Origin: a virus | Lineage: Duplodnaviria; Caudoviricetes | DNA: 61,499 bases | IMG/VR virus record: IMGVR_UViG_3300031215_000016 | Coordinates: 1 to 61,499 of that record | Reading direction: 5' to 3' (one strand) | Shown here: positions 1 through 7,664 of the stretch, piece by piece | Numbering within the stretch: position 1 is the stretch's first letter | Layout: each line of letters starts with the position of its first letter | Position numbers and translations under genes: made by a program | The notes under the pieces: generated by a model | Told to the model about the DNA's origin: nothing | The model's input: the letters and a program-made list of their open reading frames with translations, nothing else | The model's database searches: none

Positions 1-145
1 GGAATGCACAGCCATTAAAAGCTATCCCGTGTAAAGTGTTTTTTATATTTTCTTTACCTACAGTTGTTAATTGACCACCCCACTCAACAGTCATTCCTAT
101 TTGTAAATCTGATTTTTGAATTGTTGTTTTTACTAAGTTGCTCAT
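1..145 (-). CDS. Hypothetical protein, truncated by the window edge (MSNLVKTTIQKSDLQIGMTVEWGGQ...)
   Basis: ATG at 145 after an A-rich leader; frame open to position 1; read manually, not in the ORF track. Confidence 0.6.
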   Translation of the reverse strand, partial: MSNLVKTTIQKSDLQIGMTVEWGGQLTTVGKENIKNTLHGIAFNGCAF

Positions 146-194
146 AATTTCTTTTGTTTTTGTTGATTGAGTAATTAGAATTTTTTGCCTTACG

Positions 195-1226
195 CTATTC
201 AAGTTTTATTTTTTTTCTCTCTTTTATAGGTACGTAAAAATCGGGCTTGTGTTCGGACACCCTGGGTTTCCAATAATCCATCACGGGCTTGTTTCTTAAT
301 TTTCTATTACTAATTTTAGTAAACTTTTGATTAAACCTAAGCCATCCATGCAAGTTCATTACGTTAACGTCCCAATCTTTATTTCTTCTACCCGAAATTT
401 TAGAATAATCTAACCCCATGTCAGCGGCCTTGTGCTTAAATTTTTTTCTGTAGTGGTGGTAGTTCCTGTTGAATGGTCTATAATTGGCGCCATCGTCAAT
501 GTGGGTCTCTCCAAACCTACTGCCCATAGTCCATGTAGAGGAGTCTATGCTAAACATTGGCCTGTTCATCAATTCGTTATATACTGTGTAGCCGAAGCCA
601 TGAAGTCTAGTATTAAACGACCTGGATATTTGGGCTATTTTGGGGTATGACTTATTCATGTTAATGCCAGACGCAATACCTACGTAGTCGTGTAGGTTGC
701 AGTACTCTTTTAGTCTTTTAAAGGCCATAACATCTTCCTTCTCATTGGGGTGTACAACGTAAACAATTTGCATGTATTTTTCTAAAGGCTTAAAATACCT
801 TTCATTCCATTCGTCTACGGCTTCTCTACCAACTATTCTGTCTAAGTCCATGTTAGCCGCACAATATATGTTGTGGCAGTTGTCGTAAAGAAATTGAATG
901 TACTCCTCAATGTACGGCTCCCAAAACTTAGGGTCTGTTGATTTGCTCCTGTCTATATTAGCGAGCAATGAGAAGGCCCCTGAGTCAGTCATAAAAACGC
1001 CCTTAGATTCTACTATTTCGGGTAACATTTCTTTTTCTGCCCAATCTAAGGACTTCCTAATATATTCGTAGGACATCAAGTAACTTAGAGCTCCTACATA
1101 TCTGACTTGTTTATATCTGTTTCTATTATTGATTGTGTAAAATAGAACCGATTTATTTTTGTCAAATTCGTTTATACAATCAAACTCTTTTCGTTGAGAT
1201 ATTTTAGAAGCCCTAAATTCACTCAT
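195..1226 (-). CDS. dpdA: DpdA-like 7-deazaguanine DNA transglycosylase (TGT fold)
   Basis: TGT-type motifs MTDSGAFS, ANMDLD, LHGFG, SIDSSTW; clustered with queC and a queF-like gene. Confidence 0.8.
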   Translation of the reverse strand: MSEFRASKISQRKEFDCINEFDKNKSVLFYTINNRNRYKQVRYVGALSYLMSYEYIRKSLDWAEKEMLPEIVESKGVFMTDSGAFSLLANIDRSKSTDPKFWEPYIEEYIQFLYDNCHNIYCAANMDLDRIVGREAVDEWNERYFKPLEKYMQIVYVVHPNEKEDVMAFKRLKEYCNLHDYVGIASGINMNKSYPKIAQISRSFNTRLHGFGYTVYNELMNRPMFSIDSSTWTMGSRFGETHIDDGANYRPFNRNYHHYRKKFKHKAADMGLDYSKISGRRNKDWDVNVMNLHGWLRFNQKFTKISNRKLRNKPVMDYWKPRVSEHKPDFYVPIKERKKIKLE

Positions 1227-1927
1227 ATTCTAAACAGAACTGTGTCTCCTTCTTCAATAGAGAATTGAGCAACAAGGCTTGCTCTTGCTTCTGTATAACT
1301 ATGACCTTCTTTGTTCTCAAAAGGTGAAATGTCATGCTTTAGTGCGGAGTTGAAAATGATAGCTTCTCCTGCTTCAAGACGGACGGTTTTTGTTTCCGTT
1401 GTGCCCAAGTGTTTTTGGATGTTCAAATAGAAGGTCACTCCGCCAAAAACATTGCAAACTAACGTGAATAGCTTGGGGGTTTCTAGGTTGTCTACTACCT
1501 CTGATTTGTCGTATATGGCCAAATCTCTATGAGCACCACCCTTTTCTATGTGGTTTTTTAGAAAGTGAAAAACGGGGTAGTTTATGTAGTAAAAGTTTTT
1601 CAATTTAGGGCTAGAACCGTTAGAGAAAACAGCAAAATTGGCGGCCATTGTATTGGCTACAAAACTTTCTAGTTTTTTAAATAAGTCCGCGACTAAGAAT
1701 TTTTTTAGGTAATCTATATGGTACGATTCAATACTGTAACCTAAATTCATCATACTGTCATAAAGGCTTATTCTGCCCCCAATGTTAAGCTGGGTTACTC
1801 CTTTATACTCGCTTTCAAAAGCTAGGCTCTCTTCTTCGTTTTCAAATTTTAAGATTTCTGATATGAGGGCTTGGTTTGTTTCCTTTTGGGACTTGCCCAT
1901 CAACAATTTGTGGGGTTTTGTTATCAT
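1223..1927 (-). CDS. 2OG-Fe(II) dioxygenase-like protein (double-stranded beta-helix)
   Basis: H133-R-D135, GEAIIFNSALKH198 and R215-A-S217 match the HxD...H...RxS iron/2-oxoglutarate signature; its stop overlaps the dpdA start (ATGA). Confidence 0.72.
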   Translation of the reverse strand: MITKPHKLLMGKSQKETNQALISEILKFENEEESLAFESEYKGVTQLNIGGRISLYDSMMNLGYSIESYHIDYLKKFLVADLFKKLESFVANTMAANFAVFSNGSSPKLKNFYYINYPVFHFLKNHIEKGGAHRDLAIYDKSEVVDNLETPKLFTLVCNVFGGVTFYLNIQKHLGTTETKTVRLEAGEAIIFNSALKHDISPFENKEGHSYTEARASLVAQFSIEEGDTVLFRI

Positions 1928-1928
1928 G

Positions 1929-2489
1929 TTAGTTTACTACTTTGTGGGTTATTCTGCTTTTAACCGGAGCAGATTCAAGGTGAACGTATATGGCGTTCGT
2001 CTTGAATATAACACAAAAAAAGTATTTTAAAAAATCTGCAAAGTCCTCATGTAGAATAGAAATAAATCTAAATTGGTCTAAGGCGGTTAACAGTTGACCG
2101 AACTCTATCATGATTTCGCAATGGTTTATGTGCACAGTGAGTTTGCAGTTATCATTGAACCCCGTTACAGGACAAACATTAAACAAGTCCTCAATAGTGA
2201 TTATGTATTTAGACTTAGGGAATTCTGTTTTCAGTTTCTCCTCAACAAAAACATCGCTTAGGCCCGTAATAAGTTTAGTTCTCTCTACTAGGTGTAAGAG
2301 AAGTTCTTGTTTATTGTCAAAAATGTTGCCTGTATCAGTACAGCAAGCTAGTTTAGCGTCTAAGTAAGCCTCACAATAGCTTTCAATTTTTGAATTGTCT
2401 TTTATACGCTCGAAAGCCTTTTTGTCTGAGTTTGCAAGACGGGCAATTACCACATCCTTTCCCAAAATCGTTTCTTTTGTCTGAACCAT
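1929..2489 (-). CDS. queF: QueF-like T-fold protein (QueF-L/QueF family); 5' end uncertain
   Basis: NVCPVTGFND catalytic Cys/Asp motif and ILHED; the NADPH-binding QueF motif ExKS(L)KLY is degenerate (IEFGQLLTAL). Confidence 0.72.
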   Translation of the reverse strand: MVQTKETILGKDVVIARLANSDKKAFERIKDNSKIESYCEAYLDAKLACCTDTGNIFDNKQELLLHLVERTKLITGLSDVFVEEKLKTEFPKSKYIITIEDLFNVCPVTGFNDNCKLTVHINHCEIMIEFGQLLTALDQFRFISILHEDFADFLKYFFCVIFKTNAIYVHLESAPVKSRITHKVVN

Positions 2490-3051
2490 AGTAGCAAGTT
2501 ACTGTATCATTTATTATAACATCTAAGCAACCTAAATCGTCAGCCAACTTGAAAGTCTCAGCCTTATTTAAGTGCATTAACGGGGTGTGTATTTTTATTG
2601 CTTCTTCGCTACCTAAATTTGTCGTTTTCTCTAGCGAATTTATGAACTCTTCTCGGCAATCAGGGTAACCTGAGTAGTCTGTTTGGCAGACCCCAGTAAC
2701 TATGTGTTCGGCCCCTATTTTTTGGGCTAAACTGTGGGCTACGGTTAAAAATAGTTGGTTTCTGTTAGGGACAAAAGAGGAAGGAAGTCCTTTTTTATTT
2801 GTTTTATTGACATCGCCACTATGAACTAGTGCGCTGTTGGTTAGGTTTTTTACGAAACCTAATTCTACACCATGGAGTGGTATAGATAGTCTTTTAATTA
2901 TTTTTATGGCAGCAGAAACCTCATGTATGTGGTTTTGTCCATAATCGAAAGTGATAGCTTCTACTTCCTTAAAATTAGAAATTGCCCAGAAAAGGCATGT
3001 TGTGGAGTCTTGTCCACCGCTAAAAACTACTACTGCTTTTTGGTCAATCAT
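2383..3051 (-). CDS. queC: 7-cyano-7-deazaguanine (preQ0) synthase
   Basis: VVFSGGQDST PP-loop, FDYGQ, FVPNRN, DYSGYPDCR, TCY and CGNCPSC zinc ligands. Confidence 0.97.
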   Translation of the reverse strand: MIDQKAVVVFSGGQDSTTCLFWAISNFKEVEAITFDYGQNHIHEVSAAIKIIKRLSIPLHGVELGFVKNLTNSALVHSGDVNKTNKKGLPSSFVPNRNQLFLTVAHSLAQKIGAEHIVTGVCQTDYSGYPDCREEFINSLEKTTNLGSEEAIKIHTPLMHLNKAETFKLADDLGCLDVIINDTVTCYYGSDKRNDFGKGCGNCPSCKLRQKGFRAYKRQFKN

Positions 3052-3060
3052 ATTAAGGGG

Positions 3061-3100
3061 ATAAAATAAAGGCCACGTTTCTTACGCTTAATGGCCTTTT
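3061..3100 (-). terminator. Possible intrinsic terminator/hairpin upstream of queC
   Basis: AAAGGCCA...TGGCCTTT stem with an inner CGT/ACG pairing, followed by ATTTTAT on the - strand. Confidence 0.45.
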
Positions 3101-3121
3101 AATTAGTTTGAGATGGCTTTT

Positions 3122-3265
3122 TTATTTTCCACCTGCACGACTCTGACTAGCTGCGCGAGCTTGTCCTGGAGCGTTAGCTCTAGCACCTGTAGCGGCATTT
3201 CTGCCAGCGGTACGTGGGTTAGCTCTTACGGCTCCTCTTGGTGCTGCTCTTGTTGGGCGACTCAT
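3122..3265 (-). CDS. Small Arg/Ala/Gly-rich basic peptide, 47 aa (MSRPTRAAPRGAVRANPRTAGRNAATGARANAPGQARAASQSRAGGK)
   Basis: Manual translation; fills the gap between spoVS and queC on the coding strand; no acidic residues. Confidence 0.75.
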   Translation of the reverse strand: MSRPTRAAPRGAVRANPRTAGRNAATGARANAPGQARAASQSRAGGK

Positions 3266-3297
3266 AACTTAGTAGTTTTAAAATTCCTTCAAAAATA

Positions 3298-3582
3298 CTA
3301 AATTTTTGTCAACTCCAAAGAAAGTTGCATTCCTGTAAAATTTAATTCATCGTCAATGGTATTAAAGTTGGGAACGCATTTTATTTTTTTGCCTAAAGAC
3401 GATAGTGTTTGGTTAGCTATGATTACGGATTTTACCGCGTTATTTAGGGCTCCAGCACCAACGAAGTTTAGTATAATGTTTATCGGCTCCTTGGAGTTTC
3501 TATAAACTATGCAAATGCTTGCGGCCAACTTTTTAGGGTTGGTTTTTGAAGCAACGTTATAATCTTTTCTAATCCCTTCCAT
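3298..3582 (-). CDS. spoVS: SpoVS family protein (Alba-like nucleic-acid-binding fold)
   Basis: VASKTNPKKLAASI...VGAGALNNAVKSVIIA...CVPNF matches the SpoVS pattern VSxxSxPxxVAGA...IGAGAxNQAVKA...CxPxF. Confidence 0.85.
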   Translation of the reverse strand: MEGIRKDYNVASKTNPKKLAASICIVYRNSKEPINIILNFVGAGALNNAVKSVIIANQTLSSLGKKIKCVPNFNTIDDELNFTGMQLSLELTKI

Positions 3583-3985
3583 TTTCGTATTCGTTTAGTA
3601 TTGTTTCTAAATCTTCCGGGCTTATAACTAAAAGATACCCACGGCATCCCTTTTGTTTTATGGCTACCACGGGTGTCTTATTTTCTTTTTTTGCTAACTC
3701 TTTAGTTTTTTGGTATAAACCGTGAACTGAGAACTTATTTCTGAGTTTGGCTTCAATGAACAGTTTTTTGTGAAGGGTGTCAGCACTGGTTACTCCGCCA
3801 TTAGAACCACTAAGGGGTGTTCTCTTTGTGCCAAAATCGGCTGCTACGGTGCGTTCAAATGCTTTCCACGTACTTTTATGTGTTGTCTTTTTGGCGGGCT
3901 TAGGAGGGCTTAAAATAGCTTTTTTGGGTATTCTTTTAATCTTTGGTGGCTTGTTTTGTGTTACGGTTCTTTTAATCTTTGGCAT
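3569..3985 (-). CDS. Holliday junction resolvase-like PD-(D/E)XK nuclease
   Basis: WKAFERTVA...RTPLSG...AD...FIEAK motif order of the archaeal-type Hjc fold. Confidence 0.75.
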   Translation of the reverse strand: MPKIKRTVTQNKPPKIKRIPKKAILSPPKPAKKTTHKSTWKAFERTVAADFGTKRTPLSGSNGGVTSADTLHKKLFIEAKLRNKFSVHGLYQKTKELAKKENKTPVVAIKQKGCRGYLLVISPEDLETILNEYENGRD

Positions 3986-3999
3986 AGATGGATAATTTT

Positions 4000-4491
4000 C
4001 TACGGCCTATTTCCCAATCTTCTAGTTATCTCACGAGATAGTACCGTAATCGCGTTATTTATTGATTCAAATTTTGATGCGAGCATATCTCTATACATTT
4101 CCGCATCAACGAATTTATCTCGCAAATATACTATATCTTCTGATACGTCAATCTCTTTTTCTTTGTCCTTTACTGTCTGCCCACTTCTCTTGGCCGTAGT
4201 TATCCAATCTTTTTTTAGTTGTAATCGGTATTCTTCTTCAAAGGCTATAACTTCTAAGTTAGCTGACATTAACAAGTCCTCTGTGTACTCTCTCCAAGCG
4301 GAGTAAGTGCTCATGTAATTTCCTAGTTCGTTCGCTGAAAGATTTGTCATTTCTTCCGGCATTCTAGGCATATCTATTTCGGGGCGGTTTAAAAAAGTAA
4401 AACCTAATTTTAGGTATTTATTCTCTACTAGGGATACTCTCTCTCTTTCTTCGTTTTCTCCTGTTGTCGGTTTAATTTTCGGCATACTCAT
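4000..4491 (-). CDS. Coiled-coil protein, possibly a UvsY-like recombination mediator
   Basis: All-helical heptad pattern; size and position among recombination genes; no diagnostic motif. Confidence 0.4.
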   Translation of the reverse strand: MSMPKIKPTTGENEERERVSLVENKYLKLGFTFLNRPEIDMPRMPEEMTNLSANELGNYMSTYSAWREYTEDLLMSANLEVIAFEEEYRLQLKKDWITTAKRSGQTVKDKEKEIDVSEDIVYLRDKFVDAEMYRDMLASKFESINNAITVLSREITRRLGNRP

Positions 4492-5371
4492 TTAATTTAA
4501 AACAAACACTCCTGTAAGGGCAGGCGAGTGCGTTTTGGGTTAAGTGATTACTACAAGACCTCTTTGGCTCAGCATTTAGTTCGTCTATGTGAACTTGCAA
4601 GTCAGATGTTTTATCTTCGATTTGCTCCTCAATGTCGGTTTCTAAATAGTAGATATGTTCACACATTTCCTGAGTGTCTTTGTTGAGGTAAACAAAAAGA
4701 ACTCGGTCATAGTCTCCGTACTTGGCATAAACAGATGCTTGTTTTTTGTGCTTCAAAAAAGGCTCTTTTTTTGCTTTCCTGTAAGACATGGAATTTGCAG
4801 TCTTTATCTCAAGTATTAGTTTTTCAGTTTCGTAAAAAACTACTACTCCATCGGTTTTTCCTAATATTCTATACTTGTCGCTTCTTATGTTTGTTTCTGC
4901 GCTTTCTAATACTCCTGCTCTACTAAGGTGGAATTGTATATAGAGGTGCATGATGTGGCCAACATCAAATATCCTTTGCAAGTTTGGAGATATTTCCTCT
5001 TCTTGGGGGTTGTCAGAAAATTCTGTGTTAGTAAGGTCGTAGTATAACTTCCTTGTGCAGTCTTCCATGAAAGAAGAAGGGTGCAAGTGGGTTTTACCCG
5101 AACCATCGTAAGAAAGCACAAAAGAGAAAAATAGGTCAGCCATGCTCATTAAAAGATTAGTCCTATCTTCTTCACCATTCATAGAAGAAACTAAATCGTC
5201 AAGGACTAATTCGGCTTTACCTATCAAGTCTGGAAAGTCTATCTTACCGTAGCCCATGTTAATGGATTTGTTTATCTCGTTTACGGCAGATATTTTTCTA
5301 GTCTCCTTGTTTTTTGCTGCGGCTATTCTGTTTAATAGGCCCGGCTTTCTTATTGATTTTTTTCTAGGCAT
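4472..5371 (-). CDS. Cas4-like PD-(D/E)XK exonuclease with Fe-S cysteines
   Basis: HPSS..DCTRKLYY, GHIMH, GKTDG, EIKT, QxxxY and C-terminal C...CPYRSVC. Confidence 0.85.
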   Translation of the reverse strand: MPRKKSIRKPGLLNRIAAAKNKETRKISAVNEINKSINMGYGKIDFPDLIGKAELVLDDLVSSMNGEEDRTNLLMSMADLFFSFVLSYDGSGKTHLHPSSFMEDCTRKLYYDLTNTEFSDNPQEEEISPNLQRIFDVGHIMHLYIQFHLSRAGVLESAETNIRSDKYRILGKTDGVVVFYETEKLILEIKTANSMSYRKAKKEPFLKHKKQASVYAKYGDYDRVLFVYLNKDTQEMCEHIYYLETDIEEQIEDKTSDLQVHIDELNAEPKRSCSNHLTQNALACPYRSVCFKLNEYAEN

Positions 5372-5477
5372 TTTTTATGCTTTTTTGTACAACGTAAATT
5401 ATTGCGGTCGCTAAAAGTACCGCAATTGTAAAGACATACATCAGTGTCTTGTATGCTTCTTTAAAAAATTTTTTCAT
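5364..5477 (-). CDS. Small single-pass membrane protein, 37 aa (MKKFFKEAYKTLMYVFTIAVLLATAIIYVVQKSIKNA)
   Basis: Manual translation; hydrophobic core; its 3' end overlaps the start of the next gene. Confidence 0.55.
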   Translation of the reverse strand: MKKFFKEAYKTLMYVFTIAVLLATAIIYVVQKSIKNA

Positions 5478-5539
5478 TTTTGCCCTTTACATTTATGTAA
5501 GTTCGTAAGATGCTCTTTTTCTAATTACTACTTCAATGA

Positions 5540-5833
5540 TTAATACCATGACGTCATTACCCTATCAAAGTTTTTATTATGGCTTGTAAGGGCTATACTA
5601 CAAGCTATTTTAATACCCTCGTCTAGTATGGTGAAGGCTCTGTAAGTACCAAAAGAACCTGAGTAGGTTGAGAACAATAATATGTTCCTGTTTTCTTCGC
5701 AAAAAGACTCTACTTCTTCTTTCTTGTCTTTGAAAAGAGAGGGGGAAAATTTAGACCTATGTATCAGTCCATACTTATCTACTGTGGCGGTTTTGTGCAT
5801 TTCTACTAAAACTTCCTCTATATACTTTTTCAT
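5540..5833 (-). CDS. Hypothetical protein
   Basis: ORF tightly packed in the operon. Confidence 0.65.
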   Translation of the reverse strand: MKKYIEEVLVEMHKTATVDKYGLIHRSKFSPSLFKDKKEEVESFCEENRNILLFSTYSGSFGTYRAFTILDEGIKIACSIALTSHNKNFDRVMTSWY

Positions 5834-5835
5834 GG

Positions 5836-7662
5836 TTATGATATTAGTCTGTTCATTTTCTTTGCTACATACTTACCTAGCATGTTCGGCAATTCTTCTA
5901 AGTCGGTAAATTTTATATAGTTGCTAAACATCTTCTCAGAAGACACCGAATTGTCAATCGCTATTTGGATGATTTCTGTTCCACTATTTTCAATCTCCTT
6001 AACACATTTTCTAGTGTGCGCTACTGCTTCTTCGCCACTATATCCCGAAGATTGTGGGTCTCCATCTGATATTATTATGTATAGAAAGTTATCACCTATT
6101 TTTCTCTTAGCTATTTTGTGGACTTCTTTTATTGCATCGCCATCCCTGTTGTTATATTTGGCTCTAACGTTTCCAAGCGAGTAAGGGTTTTTTGTTTGAT
6201 TTCCTTCGCAATAAACACTTATATTAAGTGGGTACTTTGACGGTTCAGTAGGAGCTGTTAAATCCGATGTGTGCCCGTATATGTAATGGTCTATTGCAGG
6301 AATATCTTTAAATGCCTCGTTTAGTGCTATCGCGGCTGCTTTCGCATTTTTTATTCTACTTCCGTGCATAGAGCCACTCTCATCAATAAGCAGAACAACG
6401 CTTAGTTTCTTAGACTCCTGGTTGTGTCTTTTTTTGTACACATTGGGCGAGCCTGATATTACTTTTACTGGATTGCTTAAATCTAGCTTACCTGAGTTTT
6501 GAGAACTTAGGTCGTAAGCCCTGACTTTTCTGAATTTGTTGAATACGTATTTTAGTCTATTTACTACTGAAGATATAGAATTCCTGGTGTTATGATACTC
6601 TACGTAATTATCTTGTGGTTCGTTGTACAACAATTCGTAATCACCTTCACTGTTCTCTGAGTCATGCGGATGTTTTTTGTAGTCTTCACCCTTTTCGCTT
6701 TCTTCTTCTTTGTCGGGGTCTTCCCCACCACCACTGTCTGATGTTTCTGGGGCTTCTCCTTTAGGTGTGCCACCTATTTCTGGGTCTTCATCGTCCATTT
6801 CCATAGGTTGATATTTAGAAACCATCTCTTTCACACCTTCAACTAATCTAATAAGGTCTTCGGGGCTTAAATCCTCGGGGATGTGGTTTTCTAATTTTAG
6901 GAATATAGTCATAGCTAAATCCTGAGCATCTTTTACAGTGTCTATTGGGGAAGACATAGTGTCCTTTACAAACTCTAAAAAAGACATATTGTAAGCCATG
7001 TTAGCCAAATCTTGGTTTTTATGCGGCCTTAAAACATCGTAAAGAATAGTGATTAATTCATCTAGCTTGCTGTTATACTTGGGTGCGGATTCCCTGTCTA
7101 TATTTGCGTAGTAATGAGAGCAGAACATTAAGTGCCTAAAGTGTCTAGGTTTGTGCTCTTTTATTTTCTGCTCAATTCTAACGTCCTCAATTATATTTAA
7201 AACAGTTTTGTATATGCCTGTTTTGCTGTTACCAAATCTGTCAGCAACAGACTTTAGGTGTGGGCCTAAATTGTGCATTTCGCTGTAAAGTATGTGAGCA
7301 CTTTCGTGAACACCTAAACCAAGGACTGCGGAGTAAGAGTAGCCAAAGCCCGAAGTTTCTGACGACCTAAAAGGGGCTAAGGCTACTTGTACTTTCTCTC
7401 CATCTGTTAAGCTATCCCTGTCGTGGAAGACAAAGTATTTCTTCTTAACTTTTTTATCAATAAGTCCTGTGCACATTCTTATGCAGTCTCTTTTGGTTTT
7501 GCTAATGGCCAACCGAGTATTTAACTTTTCGCTTTTAAAGTAAGGTATCGGTACGTGACTAGGTAGGTCGTGTTCGGGGATTACCGAAAAATCTACTAAA
7601 CCAATATGCTCTTCGTAAAAGCTATCTATATCTGATTTTATATCCTCAAGTTCTGTTAACAT
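5836..7662 (-). CDS. CobT-like vWA (MIDAS) protein with an N-terminal HExxH metallopeptidase-like domain
   Basis: GVHESAH...NIIEDVRIE, acidic linker, LLIDESGSM and IISDG MIDAS motifs; adjacent to a MoxR ATPase. Confidence 0.88.
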   Translation of the reverse strand: MLTELEDIKSDIDSFYEEHIGLVDFSVIPEHDLPSHVPIPYFKSEKLNTRLAISKTKRDCIRMCTGLIDKKVKKKYFVFHDRDSLTDGEKVQVALAPFRSSETSGFGYSYSAVLGLGVHESAHILYSEMHNLGPHLKSVADRFGNSKTGIYKTVLNIIEDVRIEQKIKEHKPRHFRHLMFCSHYYANIDRESAPKYNSKLDELITILYDVLRPHKNQDLANMAYNMSFLEFVKDTMSSPIDTVKDAQDLAMTIFLKLENHIPEDLSPEDLIRLVEGVKEMVSKYQPMEMDDEDPEIGGTPKGEAPETSDSGGGEDPDKEEESEKGEDYKKHPHDSENSEGDYELLYNEPQDNYVEYHNTRNSISSVVNRLKYVFNKFRKVRAYDLSSQNSGKLDLSNPVKVISGSPNVYKKRHNQESKKLSVVLLIDESGSMHGSRIKNAKAAAIALNEAFKDIPAIDHYIYGHTSDLTAPTEPSKYPLNISVYCEGNQTKNPYSLGNVRAKYNNRDGDAIKEVHKIAKRKIGDNFLYIIISDGDPQSSGYSGEEAVAHTRKCVKEIENSGTEIIQIAIDNSVSSEKMFSNYIKFTDLEELPNMLGKYVAKKMNRLIS

Positions 7663-7664
7663 AA

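Noticed and set aside
3052-3121. preQ1 riboswitch upstream of queC
   Set aside because: A hairpin is present, but I do not see the preQ1-I loop and A-rich tail consensus; a terminator-like stem explains it.
4472-5371. CRISPR-Cas locus suggested by the Cas4-like gene
   Set aside because: No repeat-spacer array or other cas genes; stand-alone Cas4-like nucleases are common in phages.
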